Shown in pieces: positions 23,613-32,182 of a stretch of DNA of 37,669 nucleotides. A program made the translations under genes and the position numbers. The notes under the pieces are model-generated. The model did no database searches, was not told the DNA's origin, and worked only from the letters and a program-made list of their open reading frames with translations. How positions within the stretch are numbered: the stretch's first letter is position 1; each line of letters begins with the position of its first letter. The DNA is from an uncultured Gammaproteobacteria bacterium. GTDB lineage: Bacteria > Patescibacteriota > Patescibacteriia > Magasanikbacterales > GWA2-37-8. Location of the stretch: assembly GCA_964442985.1 (NCBI GenBank), contig CAYUBH010000001.1, forward strand, positions 7,311 to 44,979. The letters run 5' to 3'.

Positions 23613-24911
23613 TTAACGAAGCCAAGTGGCTTCTTGGCGCACCAGTAATTCCCCTGCTCTAAGTGGCTCGGCCATAATTTCTTTGACAATTTTTTCCATT
23701 CGCGACCCTTGCGAACCTTTGATAAGCACCACGTCACCAGTTTGAATTTTTTGTTGCATATATTTCCCCGCCTCGACACTGTCATCGAAACAAACCACTC
23801 GTTCAGCTGGTAATCCCGCTTCAATCGCCGCTTCAGCAGTAATTTTAGACGCAGCGCCAACAGTAATTAAATTATGAATACCAAGCTCCGCTACCAAATG
23901 CCCAATTTCTCGGTGCGCCGACTCTGTCTCGCCACCAAGCTCGAGCATATCTCCAAGCACCGCGTAATATTCCGCCCCAGCTTCTTTGAGTGCCACACCA
24001 GACAAGGTGGTGAGCGCAGATTTAGCCGCTGCTGGCGAAGAATTATACGTGTCATCAATAAGCAGTGTCTTTTTAATCCCACTCAGCGCCCGCATATGTC
24101 CCGGCAACGGCTTAAGTGAACGAAGCGCTTCCACCGCTTGCAGTAAATTAATCCCAAACGTCTGCCCCACAGCGACAGCGGCGAGTGTCGCTGGTATCAC
24201 ACTACTGCTAATAATGTCTGGTAAAAAAACCGGGACACTACTCCCCTGAAAATTAATTTTAAAATTAAAACCAATCGGCCGCGAGCCGTCGTCGCTCGTC
24301 AGCACCTGCAAATCTGTCGCGCGGAGATCGGCTCCTTCTTTGAAGCCGTAAGTGATCACCTGGGCTTTGGTTTTTTTGACTTGCTCCATCACATACGAAT
24401 TGTCGTAGTTGAGAATAGCAAAACCACTTGGTTTCAAATGCGAAATAATCACCTGCTTTTCAAGAGCAATGTTTTGAATTGTTTTAAAAAATTCCGTGTG
24501 CGCGTGAGAGATAAACGTGAGCACCCCCACCTGACACGGCGCTAATTTGGTGAGGTACGCAATATCCCCCGGCTTGTCAGCACCCATTTCCAACACCAAC
24601 GTGGCGGGATAGCGAACATCGCGCAAGATAAGGAGGCGCAAACCTTTCAAAAAAACAGCCAGCCAGCCGAGGAGGGACGAGCCCGGGCTTTTATCGACAC
24701 CAATAATAGTGAGCGGAACACCAATTTCATTATTATAATTCTTTTTGCTTTCACGAACATTAAAATGTTTGCCGAGCACCAAGGCCACCGCCTCTTTGGT
24801 AGAGGTTTTACCGACCGAGCCAGTGATACCCACTACCTGCGGGCGGTATTTCCGCATAATCCGACTAGCCAACCAGTATAAAACTTTTTGTAGAATAGTG
24901 TTCATAGGCAA
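23613..24911 (-). CDS. murF: UDP-N-acetylmuramoyl-tripeptide--D-alanyl-D-alanine ligase
   Basis: Mur ligase P-loop GITGSVGKTSTKE, LEMGADKPGDI, and C-terminal DDTYNSSPAAAKSAL. Directly follows the PBP gene. Confidence 0.85.
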   Translation of the reverse strand: MPMNTILQKVLYWLASRIMRKYRPQVVGITGSVGKTSTKEAVALVLGKHFNVRESKKNYNNEIGVPLTIIGVDKSPGSSLLGWLAVFLKGLRLLILRDVRYPATLVLEMGADKPGDIAYLTKLAPCQVGVLTFISHAHTEFFKTIQNIALEKQVIISHLKPSGFAILNYDNSYVMEQVKKTKAQVITYGFKEGADLRATDLQVLTSDDGSRPIGFNFKINFQGSSVPVFLPDIISSSVIPATLAAVAVGQTFGINLLQAVEALRSLKPLPGHMRALSGIKKTLLIDDTYNSSPAAAKSALTTLSGVALKEAGAEYYAVLGDMLELGGETESAHREIGHLVAELGIHNLITVGAASKITAEAAIEAGLPAERVVCFDDSVEAGKYMQQKIQTGDVVLIKGSQGSRMEKIVKEIMAEPLRAGELLVRQEATWLR

Positions 24912-26642
24912 TTATTTTTTATCTCCAGCAATACCGTAATACTGGAGCGCAAATTCCATAATATCTCGAAACACTGGAATCGTCGTATTTTCGGCCCATT
25001 TTAATTCCGGCTCTTCAAATTTTACAATCATCACAATTTCTGGGTCATTGGCCGGAGCAAAACCAGCAAAGGTGTGGTTGGTACGTGTCTCACTATATTT
25101 CCCCGCTTCGGCAATCTGCGCTGTCCCGGTTTTTCCAGCAATATAGTACTGCTTTATTTGCGCCGAACGATAATGGTTCTCCACCACCGAGGTGAGCATG
25201 CCACTCAAAAGCTTGGCTGCTCGCTCACTAATCACCCGCTCGGTGATTACTCCTGTTTTTTCTTTTTGACCATTCGGATAACGCACTTCTTCCACCACAT
25301 AGGGTGTTGGAAGTAATCCGTTATTAGCAATTGCCGAATATGCTGCCGCGAGTTGAAGCACCGTCACAGTAAGCCCTTGGCCGAATGAGCCATTGGCTCC
25401 AAAAATCTCCCCTTTACGCGACAAAGACGAAATATCTCCAGCCACTTCAGTATTGAGAGCCACGCCAGTTTTTTCACCAAAACCAAAATGCTTAATATAT
25501 TCTTGAAACCGCGAACTACCAATGCGCCCTTCGAGCCACACATGAGTGGTGTTAATAGAATTCTCCAATGCTTCGGTCATCGTGTGGCGACCGTAGCATT
25601 TTTGAAGAGCGTTACGCACAGTGAAGCCGTCTATAATAAGTTTACACGGGTCAGTATAGGGTGTCGAGGGTGAAACAAGGCCAAGATCAAGAGCCGACGC
25701 CATGGTAAATGCTTTAAAAACCGAACCAGGCTCATATGGTGTAAAAACCGCAGTATTATTAAAAACAGCAATATCATCGACTTTAGAAAAAGCATTTGGA
25801 TCAAAATCTGGCACGCTACACATCGCCAAAACTGCCCCCGTATGCGGGTTCATCATGACAAGCGACCCAGATTTGGCTTTATACTCGATCATCCCCTGGC
25901 GCAGACGCTCGCAGGCCTTAAATTGAAGAGTGCGATCAATCGTCAGAAGCAAATCAGCTCCATTTTGCGCTTCCACCGCTGTTCGGTCACCAAGCGTAAT
26001 CCAACCACCGCCAACCCCCCGCTCAGCCATAAGAAATCCACCCTGGCCAGCTAGTTTTTTCTCCCAATAACCTTCGACGCCGTATTTTCCCACCAATCGC
26101 CCCTCGTCATTCGGCGACGCAAAGCCGATCACCGGCGCAGCTAGCACTTCTTCGGGATAAAACCGATACGTTTGAGGCGAAATATATACTCCGCGCACAT
26201 TCCACGATTCAATCATTTTAGCCGTTTCTTCGGGGACTTTTTTGGCAACCACTGCATAACTCCCCCGCTTAGCTATTTTTTCACTAAGCGATTTCTGATC
26301 GCCCGATGACAGGCCAAGGACTCTGACCAGAGCGTCGGTGGTGGAAGCGGTCACCTCTTCGGGAATATCCTTAGGAACAGCGTAGATAAGATAGAAATCT
26401 TTATTAATCGCCACCGGATATTCTTGTTTGGAACGACTGTCCTGCACAAAAATCTGCCCGCGCACGGGGTGTAATTTTTTGTATATTTCATGCGTATTGA
26501 GGGCGAAGAGCGAATAGTAATCGTGGCGCATTACTTGAAGATAAAACAACCGAGCCACCACCCAGGTAGCAAGGAGAAACACCAAAAGAGCGACAAACCG
26601 CAGGCGTCGCTCATCAATAAGTTGTTTCCGAAAAGTGGTCAT
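24912..26642 (-). CDS. ftsI: Class B penicillin-binding protein (FtsI/PBP2-type transpeptidase)
   Basis: N-terminal TM segment, then SxxK (GSVFKAF), SxN (NSINT) and KTG (GKTGTAQ). The ATG at 26640-26642 is preceded by GGGGGAG; the ORF-track start at 26666 is GTG inside the -10 box. Confidence 0.8.
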   Translation of the reverse strand: MTTFRKQLIDERRLRFVALLVFLLATWVVARLFYLQVMRHDYYSLFALNTHEIYKKLHPVRGQIFVQDSRSKQEYPVAINKDFYLIYAVPKDIPEEVTASTTDALVRVLGLSSGDQKSLSEKIAKRGSYAVVAKKVPEETAKMIESWNVRGVYISPQTYRFYPEEVLAAPVIGFASPNDEGRLVGKYGVEGYWEKKLAGQGGFLMAERGVGGGWITLGDRTAVEAQNGADLLLTIDRTLQFKACERLRQGMIEYKAKSGSLVMMNPHTGAVLAMCSVPDFDPNAFSKVDDIAVFNNTAVFTPYEPGSVFKAFTMASALDLGLVSPSTPYTDPCKLIIDGFTVRNALQKCYGRHTMTEALENSINTTHVWLEGRIGSSRFQEYIKHFGFGEKTGVALNTEVAGDISSLSRKGEIFGANGSFGQGLTVTVLQLAAAYSAIANNGLLPTPYVVEEVRYPNGQKEKTGVITERVISERAAKLLSGMLTSVVENHYRSAQIKQYYIAGKTGTAQIAEAGKYSETRTNHTFAGFAPANDPEIVMIVKFEEPELKWAENTTIPVFRDIMEFALQYYGIAGDKK

Positions 26643-26674
26643 ATTCTCCCCCATAGTATACACCAAAAAGACAG

Positions 26675-26711
26675 CTAAAAACAGAACAGAGGCCGGAAGG
26701 GCCTCTGTTCT
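26675..26711 (-). terminator. Rho-independent terminator after typA
   Basis: Stem AGAACAGAGGCC / GGCCTCTGTTCT (26683-26694 / 26700-26711), followed on the minus strand by GTTTTTAG. Confidence 0.7.
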
Positions 26712-26723
26712 AATAACCTATAG

Positions 26724-28535
26724 TTATTTGATACCGCGAGCAATGCGTTTAGCCTCAGACTCGCTAAGCACCATTTTACGGATGCGGATGTTCTCAGGGG
26801 TAACTTCTACCAACTCATCTTCGCCGATATATTCAAGCGCCTCTTCCAATCCCATCGTCTTTGGTGTATTGAAATGCTCAGCGCCACCATCACCTTTAGA
26901 GCGCATGTTAGACAATTGTTTCATACGGCAAACGTTCACGCGCATATCTTCGCCACGAGCGTTCTGACCAACCACTTGACCTTCGTAGACTTCCACACCT
27001 GGGCCATAGAAGAGTACACCGCGATCTTGCACGTTGACCAAGCCATAAAGGTTGGTGGTACCAGTTTCGTGTGCCACCAAGGAGCCTTGGTCGCGATCGC
27101 CCCATCCACCCGGATCAACATCATACCCATGGAACATGGTATTGATAATACCCAAACCTTTAGTGTCGGTTAAAAACTCAGTGCGGTAGCCAAACAAACC
27201 ACGAGTTGGGATAATGAACTCTAAGAAAGTTACGCCATTTTCAGAATACATATTCTGGAGCAAACCACGGCGAGTACCGAGCTTTTGGATAACGACACCG
27301 GAATAGGTGTCTGGCACTTCCACAAACACTTGTTCGTGCGGAGTTAATTTTTTGCCATTTTCTTCTTTATTAATAACTTGAGGCTGAGACACTTGGAATT
27401 CAAAACCTTCACGGCGCATGCGTTCGATCAAAATAGCAAGGTGAAGCTCACCACGACCAGACACAATCCAATCACCAGATGGGCCGTCAATCACGCGAAG
27501 CGCAACATCAGTTTCCAATTCTTTGAACAAACGTTCACGAATTTGGCGAGAGGTAGAAAATTTACCTTCTTTACCAGCAAATGGCGAATCGTTCACCGCA
27601 AAGTTCATTTTCACGGTTGGCTCATCAATCGTAATTGTTGGAAGAGCAATCGGAGTGGTCACGTCAGCAATCGTTTCGCCGATAGTCACTTCCGCAATAC
27701 CAGCAATCGTACAGATGTCCCCTGCCAAAATCGGCTCTTTGGTTTCTACTTTTTCAAGACCAACGTTGGTAAATACTGCAGTGAGGCGGAATTTCTTCAT
27801 CACCCCAGCACGGTCAATATGCATAATATCCTGACCAGCTTTGAGTTGGCCGTTATACACGCGACCTGTTGCCATACGGCCTTTAAAGTTGTCAGCCGAG
27901 ATAGACACGGTGAGCATCTGGAGTGGAGCGTTCACGTCGCCAGTTGGCGCTGGAACATATTTCAAAATCGCATCAAACAATGGCATGATGTCAGTCATCG
28001 AGGAAAGATCTGGTGTAAGACCAGCTTTACCATCGCGAGCAGCCGCGTAAATTACTGGGAAATCGGCCACTTCATCGTTGGCACCAAGTTCCAAGAAAAG
28101 TTCAAAGGTTTTATCAAGGGCAAATTGTGGGCGAGCATCTGGCTTGTCGATTTTGTTGACCACCACAATGATTTTGTGGCCCATTGCCAAAGCTTTTTTG
28201 AGCACGAAACGAGTTTGTGGCATCGGACCTTCTTTCGCATCCACGAGAAGCAAACAACCGTCAGCCATTTTGAGTACGCGTTCTACTTCACCACCAAAAT
28301 CAGCGTGGCCAGGAGTATCAATAATGTTAATTTTGGTATCACCAAGCTGAACTGAGGCGTTCTTCGAAAAAATAGTAATACCACGCTCACGTTCCAAGTC
28401 GTTACTATCCATAATAGCCGCCTGATTTGCCTGGTCTTTATCGAGCTTAGTCTTGGATTGACGAAGCAAGGCATCCACGAGCGTGGTTTTGCCGTGGTCA
28501 ACGTGGGCGATAATAGCGACGTTACGGATATTCAT
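26724..28535 (-). CDS. typA: Translational GTPase TypA/BipA
   Basis: [40 protein letters not shown]. 603 aa with EF-G-like domain order. Confidence 0.95.
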   Translation of the reverse strand: MNIRNVAIIAHVDHGKTTLVDALLRQSKTKLDKDQANQAAIMDSNDLERERGITIFSKNASVQLGDTKINIIDTPGHADFGGEVERVLKMADGCLLLVDAKEGPMPQTRFVLKKALAMGHKIIVVVNKIDKPDARPQFALDKTFELFLELGANDEVADFPVIYAAARDGKAGLTPDLSSMTDIMPLFDAILKYVPAPTGDVNAPLQMLTVSISADNFKGRMATGRVYNGQLKAGQDIMHIDRAGVMKKFRLTAVFTNVGLEKVETKEPILAGDICTIAGIAEVTIGETIADVTTPIALPTITIDEPTVKMNFAVNDSPFAGKEGKFSTSRQIRERLFKELETDVALRVIDGPSGDWIVSGRGELHLAILIERMRREGFEFQVSQPQVINKEENGKKLTPHEQVFVEVPDTYSGVVIQKLGTRRGLLQNMYSENGVTFLEFIIPTRGLFGYRTEFLTDTKGLGIINTMFHGYDVDPGGWGDRDQGSLVAHETGTTNLYGLVNVQDRGVLFYGPGVEVYEGQVVGQNARGEDMRVNVCRMKQLSNMRSKGDGGAEHFNTPKTMGLEEALEYIGEDELVEVTPENIRIRKMVLSESEAKRIARGIK

Positions 28536-28598
28536 ACAAACAGTTAAAGCGTGGAATAAAAAATCTGCCTAAAAACAGCAGACACGCTATCGGGCGCT

Positions 28599-28627
28599 AG
28601 TATAGCACAAAAGACCGGCTAAAGCAA
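28599..28627 (-). promoter_or_regulatory. typA promoter (extended -10)
   Basis: Minus strand: TTGCTT (28622-28627), 17-nt spacer ending in TGC (28605-28607), then TATACT (28599-28604). Leader is about 60 nt. Confidence 0.5.
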
Positions 28628-28667
28628 GGTCCAAGGGGTCGCCTGGGGCGAAAGATGAAAAAACCGC

Positions 28668-30362
28668 TTATAAATCAACAATTTTAGCATCTTGAAGCTC
28701 TTGAATAGCCCCGGAATCGCCTTCGTTAGCCAACTCAATCACCTTCTTAATACCTGGAATACCACTCTTTGCCGGATCAAGCAGATGCACTCGGTACGAT
28801 GCATCAATTTCTATTAAACCACCGTAGTCTTTGGCAATCTTCTCGCGCTTCGTATCAATAAAATCTTTAATCGGACTTAAATCCATTCCTTCATAGAAAG
28901 ACAGGGATAGTCTCTCAAAGGTCGCTCCTTCGAGCGTGGCTAAATCAACATCAAACGATTGCTTAAGGTTAAGGGATTTTAATTTTTTACCTTTCAAAAA
29001 ACTAAGATCGGTCACTGAGGTAGCGTTGAGCGTTACCTCGGTAAGCGGTGCACTGGCAAAGTTTTTCACCACTTCATCGGTGATAGCTAAACCGCTCAAC
29101 CACAACTTGGCGACTTCTTTGCCACGAAAAACTTCCCAGCCAACAACTTTTTTCACATCAGCAAAGACAGCGATGGTAGTACTAGTAATTGAATAAGGTG
29201 CGATAGGTGACAAATCAACCGAGGACTGTCTTAAAAACAAAGTCACCTCACCACTCAGAGCTACACTGGTCACCACTTCGGCAGACAACGGTGCAGCTTC
29301 TTCAGCTTTCTCAGCTTTTTTTGTCACAGATTTTTTAGAAAAAACATCATTACCAAAACGAGCGGCAATTTGTTCTGGCCTCAACAATTCCACCTGCAAA
29401 CGCTTAGAAGACTGTCTTCGTTCAATTTGTCCGGCGCGAGCCTCATCAATCGTCATTGCCTGTCGAGTGGTAAAATCTTTTTGCGATTCTAACTTAGCAT
29501 CCCCACCTTCATACACGCGTGTCGGAGCATGCGCCAAAGTAATCGCTGTCTTCGCTTTGGAATCTAACGGCATTGAAAATGGTTGTGCTGACGATTCTTT
29601 AGGGTCAGCGAAACTTTTTTCATCAAACGAAGTCGCTGTAGAATCACCAAACAACACTCGACTATCTGTGACCACCGTACCAGCAAGATCATCTGGTGCT
29701 ATGACAACCGGCAAACCCGCCTCAAAAGCCTGCCAACCTGCTCCAGTATCCCTAAACAACGCTCGAACATGGGGCGGTTTTTGCTCATCACCAGCAAACC
29801 ACTGTAATTGTACGCCGGTTTCATTAGAGGCTGTCCCCGACACCGATGGCAGAACACTGGCATAGAATTTAGCCCGCGCTACGCAATTGCCCTGCTTCTT
29901 ATTCAACAAATCAGTAAGGGAGGTGCTATCCGGATCGTAGCGGCCAACTTCTTTTGAAAGATTAAAACCGGTCTGCTCTAAATCAAGACCAGTCTTTATC
30001 CGATCATATTCTTCACGAATACGCGACAATTCGCGAATCGCTTGTTCTGTTTCTGCCTCCGAAAAACCATGCAGACTTTCCATTTTGAGCAGTGCTGCCC
30101 CAACATCAACTTTTTCCAACTCTAACAACTGTTTTTTAAATTCTTCTTCGCTCTGTCCTGACTCAAAAGCATTTTGCCATTTTTCGCGGATGGTGCGAGA
30201 AATCTCCGCAGTTTCATTTTCCAAACTATGGCGCGCTTTTTCATTAAACGCCAAATACGCCCCGGCATGCGCTGCCAAGGATACAAAAGCTGCTGCCAAC
30301 ACCCCTTTTTTCTCTTTAACAAATTTTTTGACTATCCCCTCCCCGCCAGATCGTTCACGCAT
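28668..30362 (-). CDS. Hypothetical membrane-anchored protein with possible transglutaminase-like Cys-His core and LRR-like C-terminus
   Basis: TM segment GVLAAAFVSLAAHAGAYLAF. KKQGNCVARAKFYASVL ... PPHVRALFRDTGAGWQAFE resembles the G-x-C...H-x-W-x-E...GW..FD pattern. C-terminal L-x-x-L-x-L repeats (LTEVTLNATSVTDLSFLKGKKLKSLNLKQS). ATG at 30362 is preferred over GTG at 30407. Confidence 0.6.
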   Translation of the reverse strand: MRERSGGEGIVKKFVKEKKGVLAAAFVSLAAHAGAYLAFNEKARHSLENETAEISRTIREKWQNAFESGQSEEEFKKQLLELEKVDVGAALLKMESLHGFSEAETEQAIRELSRIREEYDRIKTGLDLEQTGFNLSKEVGRYDPDSTSLTDLLNKKQGNCVARAKFYASVLPSVSGTASNETGVQLQWFAGDEQKPPHVRALFRDTGAGWQAFEAGLPVVIAPDDLAGTVVTDSRVLFGDSTATSFDEKSFADPKESSAQPFSMPLDSKAKTAITLAHAPTRVYEGGDAKLESQKDFTTRQAMTIDEARAGQIERRQSSKRLQVELLRPEQIAARFGNDVFSKKSVTKKAEKAEEAAPLSAEVVTSVALSGEVTLFLRQSSVDLSPIAPYSITSTTIAVFADVKKVVGWEVFRGKEVAKLWLSGLAITDEVVKNFASAPLTEVTLNATSVTDLSFLKGKKLKSLNLKQSFDVDLATLEGATFERLSLSFYEGMDLSPIKDFIDTKREKIAKDYGGLIEIDASYRVHLLDPAKSGIPGIKKVIELANEGDSGAIQELQDAKIVDL

Positions 30363-30422
30363 ACACACTAGAGCTATATATAAAGTATAGCTAGTGTAGC
30401 ATACCACCTTAAAAAAACAATC

Positions 30423-30451
30423 AAAAAAACTATCCCACGTGGGATAGTTTT
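30423..30451. terminator. Perfect palindrome / bidirectional terminator
   Basis: AAAAAAACTATCCCACGTGGGATAGTTTT. Confidence 0.6.
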
Positions 30452-30553
30452 GCTATTTGCAGCCACAACCAGAAAAACCGATTATGAAGACAAATGGATT
30501 GGGAAGGGACAGCCGAAGCTACCCCCTCCGTCACCATCAGAACAGAAGTGGGA

Positions 30554-31045
30554 TCACGTCTTTTCGAAGTGGAAGGTTCCCCCGCCACCACGAACGACAT
30601 CGACCCCGGTCGTATGCAGGACAAAACCGGGAGCAATGACAAACGAGAACCCCTCAAAGAGATTGAGCTGAATCATCGGTCCAATCAGGAGCGTTGCCCC
30701 CGGCACCACAGGATGCAGGTTGAGCGCGCCGGACAGACCGAGAAACACCTTCTCATTGAGTTCAAAAACAATGCCAGCACCAATGGGGACGAACGGATCC
30801 GCTCGATTGGTGATGCCGACACCAGCCTCGAGATAAAAATCGAGACTGTCTGCGAGAGGGCAGTTGAGAACACCAATCGCTTCAAAATCAAACGACTGAT
30901 ACATCTCTCCGCCGTGGAGATGCGGCTCCTCGACGACCGAAAAGCCAACTCCGAGAGACCACGTCGGGTGACAGTGGTGCTCTTCGGAGGCAAAAGATGG
31001 AACCGAAAAACACACAACGGCCACGAACACGATGAACGCACGCAC
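30554..31045 (-). CDS. Secreted beta-strand-rich 163-aa protein in a moderately GC-enriched patch
   Basis: GTG at 31043-31045 lies 6 nt after GGGAGAGG and opens a signal peptide (V)RAFIVFVAVVCFSVPSFA-SEE. An EEHHCH motif follows, then about 8 alternating hydrophobic strands. The ORF-track start at 31159 is TTG and adds 38 non-signal residues. Confidence 0.55.
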   Translation of the reverse strand: MRAFIVFVAVVCFSVPSFASEEHHCHPTWSLGVGFSVVEEPHLHGGEMYQSFDFEAIGVLNCPLADSLDFYLEAGVGITNRADPFVPIGAGIVFELNEKVFLGLSGALNLHPVVPGATLLIGPMIQLNLFEGFSFVIAPGFVLHTTGVDVVRGGGGTFHFEKT

Positions 31046-31263
31046 GGAGCACCTCTCCCTCTGTCTGAGGGTGATGAAGGATGAAAGAAGAAGGCAGGGC
31101 GATCGGACTGTTTCCGATACTAATTCCTTTGGTAAGGAATCCCCCACGAAACGAGACAATCAACAGACGAATCTATTGCCTATCTCTTTTCTTAGGAGAA
31201 GCTCATGCCCCAGGAACCCTGTCTTCGACTACATCCGGTAAAAAGAACGACTAATCCGCACAA

Positions 31264-31292
31264 AGTATACAACGATTTTGGCCAAAAGTCAA
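31264..31292 (-). promoter_or_regulatory. Promoter driving an approximately 215-nt leader in front of the 163-aa protein gene
   Basis: Minus strand: TTGACT (31287-31292), 17 nt, TATACT (31264-31269). Confidence 0.5.
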
Positions 31293-31313
31293 CCCCTCCG
31301 CGCTGTGGATAAC

Positions 31314-32000
31314 CTAGAAAATTTCAAAATGAAGCACTTTTGGAGAAACCCCTTTTTCGAGAAGAATCGTTCGCACTTCTTTGACCATTTCGACATTACC
31401 ACAAATATAGTACTCCCCTGCGGTATCAGCCAACACATGCTCGGTCACTCGCCCGCGCAAAGCATCAAACGGCTCTTCTGGTTGAGATAATGTTGTCTGA
31501 TAGGTAAACGACGGATTATTTTTGGCAACTTCAGCCAAACGATCAACCCAAAAAACATCGGCTTGGTGACGCACCCCAAACAACACTTCACTTTTTTGAG
31601 CAGTGTCGTTCGGTAACGTTTCTACCATACTCATAATCGGCGCCAAACCTGTTCCGGTGGCCACAAAATATTTTTTTGGCTGATGGTCTGGCTTCACCAC
31701 AAACATGCCTTTGGCCGAGCTAATCCACGCTTCGCCGTCGATAGGGAGTGCGTCAAAAAAAGCTGAGGCTTTGCCACCAGGCAACACTTTCACACATAAT
31801 TCCAAATACTCTTTGTCAGGCGTGGAAGAAATAGAGTAACTGCGGAGCACGTATTTGTCACTATCAGGGATACGACACTGCACAAATTGCCCTGGGGCAA
31901 ACAAAAAACCTTCCGGCTTAGTAAATCGGAGTTCGATAACATTTCGGGCAATAGTTTTCTTGGTCAAAAGACGAATGGTGTAAAAAACCTGTTCAGGCAT
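31314..32000 (-). CDS. Ferredoxin-NADP reductase-like FAD/NAD(P)-binding oxidoreductase
   Basis: RSYSISS (the R-x-Y-S FAD motif), GGKASAFF, and the NAD(P) motif VATGTGLAPIMSM. 228 aa. Confidence 0.75.
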   Translation of the reverse strand: MPEQVFYTIRLLTKKTIARNVIELRFTKPEGFLFAPGQFVQCRIPDSDKYVLRSYSISSTPDKEYLELCVKVLPGGKASAFFDALPIDGEAWISSAKGMFVVKPDHQPKKYFVATGTGLAPIMSMVETLPNDTAQKSEVLFGVRHQADVFWVDRLAEVAKNNPSFTYQTTLSQPEEPFDALRGRVTEHVLADTAGEYYICGNVEMVKEVRTILLEKGVSPKVLHFEIF

Positions 32001-32007
32001 AGTATTA

Positions 32008-32036
32008 TTGACAAATTAGCCATTTTTTGGTATACT
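32008..32036 (+). promoter_or_regulatory. Near-consensus promoter of the suf operon
   Basis: TTGACA (32008-32013), 17-nt spacer ending in TGG, then TATACT (32031-32036). About 140-nt leader before sufB. Confidence 0.6.
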
Positions 32037-32182
32037 CACGGTATTCAAAAGGGCTGTAGATACGACTCACTCTAGCACACCGACCCGCCTTTGGCAACGA
32101 ACAATCTATTCATTAACCTCCTCTTTTTGAGAACATAAGAGGACCCCCTCGCCCCTTTATAGGGCTTTAAGCAGGGCATACT

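Noticed and set aside
27378-28355. 325-aa ORF antisense to typA, plus similar shadow ORFs at 18272-19069, 11903-12562, 10275-10781 and 14666-15145
   Set aside because: They lie entirely inside well-supported conserved genes on the opposite strand. These are typical antisense shadow frames.
30494-31084. 196-aa plus-strand ORF antisense to the secreted 163-aa protein gene
   Set aside because: No signal, SD or promoter is present, and the composition is charged and low in information. The minus frame has a signal peptide, an SD and a promoter.
32060-32075. ATACGACTCACTCTAG in the suf leader: 15/16 match to the T7 class III promoter core ATACGACTCACTATAG
   Set aside because: It is a single occurrence with mismatches at -3 and upstream of -15. 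No phage-type single-subunit RNA polymerase or phage or vector sequence is in the window. Chance or a leader structural element is more likely. A genome-wide search for further copies would settle it.
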